A stretch of 58,753 nt of DNA, the filler included, from Bipalium vagum (lineage: Eukaryota), in the NCBI GenBank assembly GCA_037834085.1. It is 3 parts of 3 records of this genome, joined end to end, with 100 filler letters (N's around TTAATTAATTAA, not from the genome) between each part and the next. Parts side by side here need not be neighbours in the genome. Positions count along the whole stretch, not along the records: positions 19,907 to 40,080 come from JBBMKC010258756.1; 2 more parts are not named here. One strand, given 5' to 3'. Every line of letters begins with the position of its first letter. Positions within the stretch are counted from its first letter, which is position 1. The position numbers and the translations under genes were made by a program. The notes under the pieces are model-generated. The model did not search any database, was not told the DNA's origin, and worked only from the letters and a program-made list of their open reading frames with translations. This document shows, in pieces, positions 24,601 through 37,259 of the stretch.

Positions 24601-27042
24601 TTTAACCATACAAGACGTGTTATTACTTTGATTTAAAAATAAGCTAGTGATTTATTCCTCCTTCCCTTTTCTTCAGGATTAAATCCTATTGAAGACTATT
24701 TTACCTCTTGTATATCGAAATTATCCAGTATTTCTTTGGAAACCAGCAAAAATGATTTATAAAACTAAAATTATGTGGTTTTACATATGGAATTTTTTGA
24801 TTTTTCAGGCCTGGTTCAGAAATATGAAAAAGCGTCGATATATCTTAAGTTTTTTCTTGATTTCTTAAGGAGTTATTTTTAAATGTATTTATGTATAAGC
24901 CGGAAGCTGTTTTAATGTTATCTTTTTATTTTTCAATGTGCGTTTGTTAATTAAACTGGATGTAACCATTTCTTGTGAAAATATTTTAGTTGTTAAGTCT
25001 GAAAACAATTTCATTATTGATTAATTGTAAAGGTCATTTGACCCAATACGTATGTATTAGGTTGGTACATAAGTTTCCGCTTTTTTAAAATTTTTCATTC
25101 TTGCTATTTTTAGCTTTGTTTTGCTGAGCAAAAATAATTATTTTGAAAGCGCTTTTTTAAAGCTACAAGCATGTAATCATTACTCATTCAATAACTTAAT
25201 TATACGATATATTTTTTAGCTCTACAAGTGAATATTCCAAGCAGCGAAAAATTTCATTTTCGGTATTTATTATATTTTGCCTTTTGCCGTGGTCAGAAAG
25301 CTACAGAAGCAGTTCGAGACATTTTTGCTGTCTATGGAGCTAATGCAATAGGTGCGAGAACCGCTCAAGAATGGTACAACAAATTCAAAAAGGGTAATTT
25401 TGATCTCGAAGATAAATTTCGCTTTGGTCGACTATCCGAATTCGACGAAGAACGTCTTCAGAAGCTTTTAAAGGAGAATGGTTGTCAAACATCCAGAGAA
25501 CTTGCTGAAAAAAATTGCTGCACTCATCAGATAATCCTCATTTGCTTAAAGCCGATCGAGCTTGGATACCTCATAAAATCAGCGACCAAGACAAAGAAAA
25601 TCGTCTCCAAATCGCAGCAGAGAATCGTCATGGGAGACGAGAAATGGTGTCTCTACGTCAATATGAGACAGAGAAAGGAGTGGATAGCTAAAGAAGTCAC
25701 GCCTAAGCCAAGAGTAAAAAAAGAACTTCATACCAAGAAAACAATGATATTTGTATGGTGGATTGGGAGGGTTTAGTGCACTGGGAAATACTTGAGAAAA
25801 ATAGGACTATTAACAAAGAACGAAGCTATCCAACTGAAAAGTTCAGATCGTCGCAGCCATGTTATTTTGATTCAACAACAGCCACACACAGCGAATATAG
25901 TCAAAATAGCTCTCCAAGAGCTCAAATGGGAGATTTTTCAACGTCCGCCGTACTCTCTTGACCTTGCGCAACCTGGCTTTCACCTCTACCGCTCATTGTC
26001 TAATCAAATGAGGGGTGTGACGTTCAAGAACGAGGAGGATCTCAAAAACTGGCTCAACAAATTCTGGGGATTTCTGGAGAAATGGTATCAACAACTTGAT
26101 CGAGAGGTGAGAGAAGGTCGTGAACAATAACGGAGACTATATTACTGATTGATTTATTACTTGTAATATTAATAAAATAATAGTTGGTTTTCACAAAAAA
26201 AATTTCAATAAAAAAACACGGGAACTTATGTACCAACCTAATATATGTTTGTAGTCGGAAGTTGCAACCACCCTTCAAGCGATGCAAGAACGTGAGTTAA
26301 AGTGGCCGTAAATAATCTTCAGTTGCTTAACCATTTTACAATGATTTTATTCTGATTTTCAAAATCTCGATTTCTTTCCCTATTAGAAACAAATTTAGAG
26401 ATTCTATAATAATAAATGAAATCGACCAATGGAATTGAACCATTGATCATTATAATTTTATAATGAATTGAAGCGGTTATTTTGAATTCGAAAATAAGTT
26501 TCTCTTATGTAATTATAAACTAATCTCAACTCCGTCTCAATTTTATTCCAGAGACAGAAATTTGTCTATGTTAAATAAAATATTGATTAAACATAGAAAA
26601 TATTATTGAAATCTGTAAAAATTGATTTAGAAATAATTTAGACATGATTTCAATTTTTAATTGTGAAAGAAAAATTTAATTTTTTAACTTAATTTTTTAT
26701 TTCCAAACATTGGGAATTATTTTCGCGCCCAGTCCACATCGCAATATTAAATATAAATTCAGTCTGGTAATGGTTTCGAATTTGGTACGCTGTTTTTTTG
26801 TATTTCAAATGTGTAAAATCCCGTTGACTCTGAGATAGGAACCAATCGATTTTATTTAGATTTAATTTGTTGAAATTAATTTTGTCAATATTTCTTTCTA
26901 TATAAAAGATATTGGAGAAGTGGCTGGAGTTGCTGAAGGGACTTTGAATGTTGTGTACAAACTGATGCGTCCTCACGCAGAGAAGCTATTCCCATCCAAC
27001 ATAACACCGGTCGTTCCGCTGAACCAGCTTCCATTATTTTAG
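21651..27042 (+). CDS. GTF2B: General transcription initiation factor IIB, copy 1 (6 exons: 21651-21658, 21867-21968, 22013-22286, 22342-22471, 22523-22801, 26909-27042; 308 aa)
   Basis: Spliced at GT-AG sites the exons total 927 nt with an open frame ending in TAG. Motifs: Zn ribbon [21 protein letters not shown]-reader [15 protein letters not shown], repeat 1 [31 protein letters not shown], repeat 2 [16 protein letters not shown]-terminal GVAEGTL..YKLM..LFP..LP. The 8-nt first exon (ATGAGCCA|gtaagg) is inferred from phase. Confidence 0.95.
24200..24850 (+). mobile_element. Highly decayed IS630/Tc1-like transposase remnant inside TFIIB-1 intron 5
   Basis: [13 protein letters not shown] near 24650-24705 resembles the xLPPYSPxLNPIExxF motif. 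Confidence 0.45.
25057..26241 (+). mobile_element. mariner element with TIRs, internally deleted, inside TFIIB-1 intron 5
   Basis: TA|TTAGGTTGGTACATAAGTT .. AACTTATGTACCAACCTAA|TA; [17 protein letters not shown]; three overlapping frameshifted ORFs. Confidence 0.92.
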
Positions 27043-30000
27043 AATTGATATTAATTAGTTACATTTCTCGGATTTTTTATAAATTTCTTAATAAAAAATT
27101 GTTTCATTGGTACTCTGACCGATGGATAGGCGCGGGCTTTAGTCATGTGTGATGAAATTAATTTACTTCGGTTTTCAGAAAGATGTTCTATATATGTGTG
27201 TGCTTAGAATGAGTGATGTGCTGCTACGCTTTGTTGAATTCATGTAATACATTAATTGTAAAATACATTTTGTCATTTTATTCCCATTTGTGTGTTTTTG
27301 TGAAATTTGAACTAGCTTTTCTAATTTATTATGATTTTTTCTAGTTATTGCTCCACCTGTTTGAAAAGTTGAATAAATAAAATTTTATTTATCCATTACC
27401 TGTGATATATAAAAACAAAATTAAATTTACTATACAAGGTTCCAAGAATCTTAATTTTTTATGACCAATTTATTAAATTTAAATTCTGTATTTGCCTCTA
27501 ATGCTGTAAAATATTAAATTACATTGTTTAGAGGTATTAAAATGTTAATTAATCTCAAATTCTCTGATATAAAGGTATTAGAAATTTGATATACACAATA
27601 GAAGATGTTATTGCATATAATTGGAATATTTGAAAGTCTTAAACTTGAGTTAAATTTTTTAAGGAATAATAAACGATAAAAAATGCTTAAATGAATATCA
27701 CAGCAGTAAATCGAATAAAGATTTATCAGTTAAAACGTCAGCCTCAAATTGTAAGTTTTAATCAAAATAATAAAATCGATCAATATAACAAAGAAATCTT
27801 AAACCAAAGAAAGATAAAATAATTATCAGTACAACAGTAAACTGATCAATGAATCGTTCTAAAAAAAACAGTTTATTGTATTAACAATAAACTATTCGTT
27901 TTTATTTTTCTAACAAACATTTTAGCAATATGATCCTCATTAATTAAATAAAAAGTTATCTGATAAGTAACAAGAATCTGTCGTCAGTAATATTCTACGA
28001 AACGTTTTCTCAATCACCCTGAAATACATATTAATACTTTCAAGTTACAACCCCAAGATCCCATCAAGACTGATCGTTGCCTTGAAATAACGTGTTCAAG
28101 ACAACTACGTCTTTAGTATACACCTTCGTAAAGTCAGTGCATTCGGTATCCGCGGCAGTAAAGAGTAATCATCAAAAGGTTTTAATGAAAAAAAACGCTG
28201 AGCGTGTGTAGAGAATCATGCTTATTATTTTAAGTTATTGTAGCCATTAGTTTTTGATACATTCAATCTTTCCGAATTCTTCATTACCTAAATCGAACTC
28301 ATGATTGATGACGTTTTTACATCAATGTTCGTTTATTGCTAAAACCTTGACTGGAATAATTACTTAAGTTTACTTTCAAAATAGCTTCTAAATAATCGTC
28401 GGTTTTCAGTGGACTGGTTAAGTAAACTTCTCCACTACGTAAACGTCTAAACCATTATTTAACAAACTTTATTTTACTCAATTACTTTTAAATAAAAATG
28501 ATAATTAATAATATAACTTGTGAGTTCGCTAAGGACACGACCCGGGAGATCACAAAAGGAGGTTCAAAATCCAGCGGACAATCCAGGAAACCATTGTCGT
28601 TCAGAGTGAGCATATTTTTTTTGTTACCTTAAAAATTGGCTTGTTTCAATAGTTTTGATTATTGCTTAGAATTTTTTATAATTAAATTGACATTTAATAA
28701 AGATATATTAATTATTTTAGTATAATTCTCCTTTGATTGGACCTATTGATTGAACTGATAGATTCCTAGTGTATTTCTGATTGATTTTATTATAATAAAG
28801 CTTTCTGTGATTATTTTGATTCATTTGCGTGGATAGACGATAATGTTTTCTAGATATTTTGATTTATCTGAGGATAGACTCTCATGGTTCTTCAGATTTA
28901 ACTGACTTGTTATCAACAAAATATAAAATTATTAAACTTCGAGCTTAAAGTTACATATTCGATTTAGTTAAATGTTGACAGAACTGAGGAGATTCCCAGA
29001 CTGAGCCTCCAAATAAAAATTTTCTCAAAATAACCTTTGAACATTTATTGTGTGCATGAATAATAGAAAATTATTTTTATTCATTATAAAACATTTTATT
29101 TTTATGAAAAATTATATGTAGATCTTCTTTCATATTAATTATAAAAATAATTTATTCAAACCAAAGTCTTATATAATCTCTAACTTTCCTTTGCTGAATA
29201 TTGTTGCGATTTCTTTAGCCATTCAGTTGTTTTTGTTCCGTCTAGACCCTTCAATTCGATTTGATATGGAGATGAAAATTTCTGATTTCGTAGGGACCCT
29301 CATACTGGAAATCATTCTTCTTTCGATTCTGATGTTCTTTCCTGACTAATACTTGTTTTATCTTTTATTTCTATTGAATATTCTAAAACCAGTCCATAAG
29401 CAAAACCTGGATTAATTTTAATTTTAATTTCATTAATATTCTCATTAAATATATTTTTCACAATTTACCATTTCATTTCTCCTGTTGGTAAATCTTGAAT
29501 ATATAAGCTATTTTCAACATAATATAATAAATAATTCTGTTCTCTTTTTATTATATGAAATAAATGTCATTTCGAAATTTTCATTTTTAAACTTGTTTTA
29601 CGTTTTCAATAATACATCCAAATTTTCTATTTCCTAAAACTGAACTTATTCCAAATCTAATTCCTTAATCAAAAATAATAGTTTATCATAACTTTCATCT
29701 TTGTAATATTTTAGTTTTACTTTTGTATATTTTCTAAATGCTAACCATGCTAATCCTGATAATCAATAACAATAATAAGAATCAAATCCAAAATCTTTAA
29801 AATTTAATCTTAATAAAATAATTCTTCTAAAATTAAAAAATATTTTTAAATGTCATAGTATAATCTAACATTTTTATATTTTAATTCATTCCAATTTCTA
29901 ATAGCTTTTATATACTTTTTAATTCCTATGTTTGATTGTCTTAAAGTTAAATAAAAATTTTGATAAGATGGAATATTTTCTTCATTAATTATTTCTATAA

Positions 30001-30469
30001 TATCATTAAATTTTCTGTTTTTGAATATATTCATAAGGAAAGATTCATTTTAAATTTCTAAATCAATATTCTTTTAAAATTTTACATCATTCAAAGTTGA
30101 ACTAATAAATTCTAAACTACATATGGTTTGAAAATCTTAAATGCATCTAAAATTCTTATACAACCAATTTTTTTTCTATATACCACCTAGGTGCTGTATA
30201 ATTGTGAACTGGGTTTTTTTATTAAAAAGATTTTAAGATTTTAAAAGTAATTCTCCTGAATATTTTCCTGTTGCAAATTAATTTAAAAATTTATTATTTT
30301 TAATAGCTGATTGATGTCACCGCCTCTATGAGGCGTCGTGAACTCTGTCCAATTACATGCTGTTTTAATAAAAAGATTGGATATTTTTCTTTTAATTTTT
30401 AATAGAACTTTTATTAGTTTTTTTTCATTAGTACTTTTATTAGTAATTTTTCTAAAATGAATGTTTGTA

Positions 30470-31720
30470 TCAGGCAACGAACTAAGCTTTTTTGTTTTTT
30501 CAGTTGTTAAAAGTTGTTAGTCCCTGGGATTCTCATTTATCTACCGATTTAAATTTTCTTTGTTTTATATTGCTACTCTTAAACGTGTGAGTTTAAAATT
30601 TACTTTATAATTAATGTTTTTAACCATTATCCTCTGAAAACGTGCTCCAAAAGTTCACTGGACAAATCACAAATTCGAGCAATTATTTATTACAAATGGA
30701 AAAATAACACAGGCACAAATGAAGGAACAATGCAACTGCGAACAGTGCAAAATTGGTTCAAAAAATTCAATAGTGGAAATTTTTTATTGAAAGACAAAGA
30801 GAGGTCTGGAATGCCAAAAGAGTTGGAGGATTATAAAATTATAAACCTTCTTGAACTAAACAGATTAATTATTGCTAAAAATCGTTTCTGAGTCATCGAT
30901 ACAGTCATAAGAAACCGACTGAAATCGTTAGGATTCATTTGTAAACTCGAAAAATGGGTTCCACATCAACTAGCTGAAAAAAAGTTGGATCGCATTAAAA
31001 TATGTTCAAGACTACTCGAAAGAAACTGAAATGATCCTTTTATCGACCGGATAGTCAATTGCGATGAAAAGTGGATCTATCATAACAACATAATGAGACA
31101 AAGATTGTGGTCGTTGAAAGAAAAGCCTCCGCAAATAATTGAAAAACGTAACCTTACACGAAACAAGGTTCATTTATGCATTTAATGAGATTCTCGTGGA
31201 ATTATTTATCAAGAGTTTCTCAAATGCGGGGAAACCATTAATTTTGATGTATATTGTGAAATGTTAAAAAGAGTTCATGCCATTATGAAGGAAGATCGGA
31301 GCAGTTTGATAAACCGAAAACAAGTGATTTTCCACGAAGATAATGCCAAGCGTCACAAATCAATAGGACATTGAAGGAATTGAACTGGATTCTAATAGAA
31401 CATCCGCCATATAGTCCCAATATCGCCTCATCCGGTTTTATTTGTTCCGGGTATTACAGAATCACTTGATGGGTAAAAATTGTAAGAGTTCCGATGCTAT
31501 AAAGAATGAAGTTCTTTCTTTCTTTCATTCAAAAGATCGAGATTTCTTTAACACTGGGATCAATAAAATTCTAAATAGATGGGAAGCAGTAACATAAAAA
31601 GATGTGGGATATTTGGATGATTAATTGTTTAATAATGTATTATGATTAATAAATTAAATTTAACTTAAGTCTTTGTTTATTTTTTAATTAAAAAACGAAA
31701 AAACTTAGTTAGTTACCTGA
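30470..31720 (+). mobile_element. mariner element with TIRs inserted into the polB remnant
   Basis: TA|TCAGGCAACGAACTAAG .. CTTAGTTAGTTACCTGA|TA; WVPHQL, IVNCDEKW, FHEDNAK, HPPYSPNIA. Confidence 0.9.
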
Positions 31721-31939
31721 TATTTAAATGTTTATTCTTATTATATTTTGAAATACTTTTATTACAAATTTCACAAAAATATGATTCAGTCATTTATTTA
31801 AAATAGAAAATAAAGATGTATTTTGTTAAATCAAAAATGTTATTGTTAATGTATTAAAATCAGTAATACTAATCAGTAATATTATTATCAGTAATAATAA
31901 TTTTCAGTAATACTACAAGCGGTATAGGACGCGTGTACC

Positions 31940-33842
31940 AAAATAGTTCCACGGAGTGAAACTCTTAAAATCAATATATTTATTAAATTAATTAAAAATA
32001 GTCGTGTAAGACTTTAACATTATAATTTTATACACACACACAAATTCATACAACACACATACACATACATACATGGTTGACTTTGAAATGTACTTTTATG
32101 ATATATGTGATCTTGATAAAATTTGAATAGAAATATTAATTAACTTTATATATATTTTCTACATTATTTTCGATATAAATGTTCTGTATGCATTTATTTT
32201 ATTTTCTTAAAATTAATAACTTCAAAACATTTAATTATACTTTAGAATATTTTTATTAAATTTTTTAATATCGTGTAAATTTAATGGAAAACTAATATTT
32301 TCTAAATTTATATATTTTAAATAATTATAATAGTTATGTAGAAATTCAGCTTTATTTACAACAGGAGTAGTGGAAAAACAATTTGGAAACCCAACACCCA
32401 AGATAAAGTATATTTCATGGTCAAACGTGTATGTGTGACTCATGTAAATTTAAAATATTTGAAAGAAGTTAGAAAAGATTTATTAAATGAAATTAGTGTA
32501 AATAGAATAGTAATTAGAAAAATTAATTCTCTTTTATTTAATATTCAGAGTGAAGTAAAATCATGTGAAGAAGAAAAAATTTTTAAAAAACTAAAATAGA
32601 AAAAATTTAAATAGAAATTTTACAATTTAATAGAAGGTCCAAAAAATTTGAAAGAATTCGAAAGCAATCTAGAATTTATTTTATATCATTGGTTGAAACA
32701 CTCACACAATGGCAAATTGAATTAACAAATTCAAATTCAAAAGATTTTAAGATAGTTGAAAATAATAACAAAATGTTAAATGATTTTATCACAAAAATAA
32801 CAAATGATAATAATAACCTTCATGAACTAATAAGTAAAATGAGAATAAAATTAAAGTTTATTTGCAGTTGATGATTATAAAAACATGTGTGAAAAAATTA
32901 CACTTATAGTTTGTTGGTAATCTTATTGAAAATCTTCAACAATAGATATTATAAATTCTTAAAACTCAGAAATCAATTTAACCAAGTTAGGAAGTTGAAC
33001 ATGCAAAAATAATAATTACTGAATGTAAAGAAAATATTTTAAAAATTAAAAACGGAAATGTTATTGAAAATGTAAACATAGAAGTTAAAAAAACTGAAAT
33101 AAGAGCTTACAAAGAATATAAAGAGAAGTTGCAAGCTTCATTCTTGAAATGAAAAGATATAGAAAAAATGAAAAAAGTGAAATCTTCCTGATTTAAAATG
33201 GCTGTGAATGAAGTTCAAAAAAGAATTGAAGATTTTTAAAAATTAATAGAAACAAAAATTAAATGTGAAACTATTCAATTAAATCAATGGAAAGCAGAAA
33301 GAGGATTAGCTATAGATTTATATACATTTTATAAACCAGTTACTAATGCTCTAAGCACATAGGTGTTGTCTGATAAATTTGAGAATCAAATACTTTTAGA
33401 AGATAAAAATCAAAAAACTATAGAAACTAAAAAAAATCCTAATCAAATTTAAGATGAGGTTTAAGTAAAGGCTAATAAAAAGTTAAATACTCTACTTGAT
33501 GAAAAAGTTGAAGAAGAAAACCCTCCTAAATATGTTGATGATTATTATAAAAAAATATTTGATACTGGAGATAGAAGAATTGCTGCTAAAATAAATCCAT
33601 CTGTTTGAGGAAATCTTTTATTAATAAATAAAAAAAATATTCCAAATAATCAATAATAAATATAATCTTACAAATAATTATATATATCCATTTTCATCCG
33701 TCTATAAACTAAGGATTTAAAAAATTAATTTATTTAATTGTAAAATATAAAATTATTAAGTTAAAGTCTTACCCCGTTAGACTAATTTTAATTAATTTAA
33801 TAAATACATTGATATTTATTGTTAACAGCGTGGAACTATTTT
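31940..33842. repeat. ~90-bp imperfect inverted repeat pair (31940-32030 / ~33748-33842)
   Basis: AAAATAGTTCCACG..TATTTATTAAATTAATTAAAA..TAGTC..GTAAGACTTTAAC is present in reverse complement ending CGTGGAACTATTTT at 33842. Confidence 0.8.
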
Positions 33843-34414
33843 AAACTAATTTGATTTTATTTCTCTAATCAAAATCATGGTTATTTAAAGGTCGAATTCA
33901 TCTTCATCTGAAGATATATAGTCATCGTAGGTGCCTCTTCGAGGGTCAGTAGAAATTATACAATCAACATTAAAGTCAGAAGATTTCTAAAATTCAACAT
34001 TTTTCTCACTAACTTTTTAAATTATATTTACAATAATGTAGTTAAATATATAGTAATCTAAATCTTGAATATTGATAAGCTAGTTGTTAAATGTTTATTC
34101 AAAAATAGAAATCTGATTTACTAATATGTATATTCTAATTAGATAAATAAGTTTTTATTTTATTAAATGATTTAATTGTTTGAGATAAATGATAATAAAT
34201 ACTACCAATATTTATTTTATTAAGAAAAGTATTATTTATTAAATGATTTTGATTGAGTAAATATTCTTTAAGGATTTCTATAACTTTTGTACCTCTTGCT
34301 AGACTTGAATCAATGTGCAATATTCTTTTAGATATTTCCACATTATACCAGTACACAAAAGACAGGGATCCACTAGTTGGAGAGTTAGTGGGACTCATAT
34401 ATTAAACGATATCA

Positions 34415-34800
34415 GTGATTATTCCCAAGGAGGGGCCCCGAACGATTTACAGAAGGAAAGACGAGGATGTGGAAATTCCTGGTATTGAAGTGGGGGCAAT
34501 TGCGGAAGAAGACAATTTTCTTATTACAGAGAGAGTGATGAATGGGAGACCAATTATCACTTTGGAAATACAAGGACAAAGTTTAGATTGCTTATTGGAT
34601 ACGGCAGCTGGGGTAAGCGTGATGAGCAGAAAAATTATGAGTAAACTGAAAAAAGTGGAAGTAGTGAAGACCAATGACAGGTTACGATGCGTAAACAATA
34701 GCCAATTGGAAATAGTCGGAAAATGCTCGGTTTGTGTGGCAGTGGGTTAGGAATCGAAACTAGTGAACTTTACAGTAGTAGAGGATGTCAAAGGATGAGA
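34415..34800 (+). mobile_element. Gypsy-type LTR retrotransposon aspartic protease remnant
   Basis: RPIITLEIQGQSLDCLLDTAAGVSVMS..LRCVNNSQLEIVG is a retropepsin signature (DTG changed to DTA). Confidence 0.8.
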
Positions 34801-35983
34801 GCGTTTCAGACGGATAATAGAACTATTAAGAGCAGCGAACAACGGACGACTAGTGCAGGTAATCAAAGAGAGCGAGGATGTTTTTATGGCCAACAAGTGG
34901 GATATCGGTTGTACTCACCTATCAAAACATCACATTCGGAAAACAGGAGAACCGACCAATCTAGATTTTTCTAGATAAGTAGTGGGAAAACAATGATGAA
35001 ACTCAAGACCTAAGATTTTTATTTTATTTTAATATTCCTAAAGTCTTTGAATGAGCAATAGTAAGCGATGTTGTGCTCCTTTTATTATTGTAGGTACAAA
35101 AAGTTAAATACCAATTTGAATCAAAAACCACACAATAAAACTTTATCCGCTCTCTAATTGAATAAAAGACAATCACAATAAAACTTTATTGATACGCAAA
35201 ACTGCACCTTTACACAGAAATATTAATCACTCACAGAATCAGTATCAGTCAAATGTCTAATAAGCACAATTTCAAAATTTTCCACTTTTCGCAAAATATC
35301 AAGGAATAAAATTAAAACATGTAATCGAATAAAATTTAAAAATTATTATATTAATTATAACCAATCGAAATAATAACCAAAGACAATTTTCAGTTAAAGA
35401 AAAATATTACAACTACCAATTAATTATTGCAAAAGAAAATGACAAAAAGAAATCAATAAATAAATAGCCTCACCAGAAGCGACAAGGGGTCCCCAGGCGT
35501 CCACTAGGTCCTTTTCAGGTCACCTAGGGATTCCCAAACTCGCTGGGTCCCCTTGATAAATCCTTTTGGGTATCTGACATAACTAGAAAAAAAATGAAAT
35601 TTACTGAATCAGATAATCTTTTGAATTTCGTTGACTTTTCCAAATGAATAATCTTCTTGAATACCTTTTGACTTTTCAAAACGAATAATGATAATAAAAA
35701 AAACTTGTGTCGCTTTATATTTTTGAGCAAATTTCTGATTGATCTGCGAGCACCAATCCCTTCACTCGAAACGGCTATTTCATTCAATATCCCATAAATC
35801 CTAACTTTGTCTCCACGCCAAAATAGAGTTAATGAAAACAAAATTCTAATTATTTATTATCCCCACAACCGAATATATCTCATAATTTTAACTTTAAATT
35901 ACCATAATTTACGATTTTGATATATTGTTTTTGGTAATTTCTTTAAAAATTAAAAATATTATTCTTTTTTAAAATTAAAATTG

Positions 35984-35984
<1 letters not shown>

Positions 35985-36065
<81 letters not shown>
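35985..36065. repeat. (ATT)n microsatellite
   Basis: Near-perfect trinucleotide run. Confidence 0.95.
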
Positions 36066-37259
36066 CACGGTTTATGCCTTTGGCACACCAAACAAAATGC
36101 TTAATATTAGCGATAATATATTTTTATTTTTTAGTTTCTTAAAAGTATCATTCAATAATTATAAAATTTTTAGAATCTTCGACTATAATTCGAATTCTAA
36201 AATATGGAAACTTGATGATTACAGAGATATTAGGACTTATGATCACAAGATTAGTATTAAGATAGAGTAGTAGAATATAATATAACTTGATATGGTTCAA
36301 TTTCAGAATTGGAGACGATAGTGCTATCTGAATTTAAGGAAATTGTAGATCCGTTACGGAGGAAAACATGAATCTTAATACTCAAACCTCGTCTGCTTAT
36401 ATTTTCTGATGACTGATTGCAAACACTGATATCAAGTGCACTCTGACTTTAAGTGGATGTAAAGTAAAGAGGGGTTTGCCTTAGCACTTTTCCCAAAGCG
36501 ACCACTAACTTTGAAAAGGCACACTATGATCCAGACTCCAGAAGCCAACTTAGAGTAACTGACTCAACCGGCATCATCCATCTGTGGAATTATATGGTTT
36601 GTGTGTCTACAAATTAATTTTTAAAATTCATTTCATGATAATCAATATAACTTAAGTTCCCACCCATTACCAAAGATTGGATAATGATCGATAATTGTGA
36701 CAGCGAAACGCATCCTTGGAGTTCGGTAATTTTGCATTGGAGACTGAAGAGGCACTGAACTTAAAAGTCACATTTATAATTAATACTATGTTGTTTATGG
36801 AATTATTATAAGATATATCGTATAGAAGAGGTACTTAAAATCATAAGCTTATGATTATGCTTTAAACTTATGCTTTTCAATTATTATATTTAACTTGAAT
36901 TCTTAATATTTTTACTATGAATTCCATTCAATTTATCCATTAGAGTATATATGAAATAGGAAAATTTCTGGTTATTTTAAACTATATAATGTTAAAATTA
37001 ACTTTAAAAAGAAAATTAAATTAAGACATAAATTTATGAATTAATTATTCTTTATTATTGTTTTTTAAATTTAATTCATATTGATAAAATAATTTATTAT
37101 TAAAAATCATTAAATTTCAAACTTTTTATATTTTTTCTATTTGCAATTAAATTTTTTTGAAATTTAATCACTTTAAAGAATAAAATATTATTTTTGTTTA
37201 TTAATAAAAGCTTTTGTTTAAAACGAATAATAATTAATTCCCTGTGATTACCTCATTTC

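Larger units (their letters stand above)
29350..34350 (-). mobile_element. Polinton/Maverick-adintovirus-like remnant: decayed protein-primed DNA polymerase B (~29350-32360, interrupted) plus flanking decayed ORFs
   Basis: INLENISFPLNLHDIKKF (32231-32443), RILDAFK, IPSYQNFYLTL..AIRNWNELKYKNVRLYYDI (29846-30034), FGFDSYYCY*LSGLAWLAFRKYTKVKL, YLLYYVENSLY..LPTGEMKW follow the order of pPolB motifs of this group. Boundaries and membership of the 32400-34350 ORF remnants are less certain. Confidence 0.75.

Noticed and set aside
26689-26976. Antisense ORFs over TFIIB exons (also 38331-38573) and over transposases
   Set aside because: Shadow ORFs opposite real or former coding sequence; no recognisable motifs.
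28520-28612. GC-richer block with B-box-like GGTTCAAAATCC
   Set aside because: No A box or cloverleaf could be built; cannot assign as ncRNA or exon.
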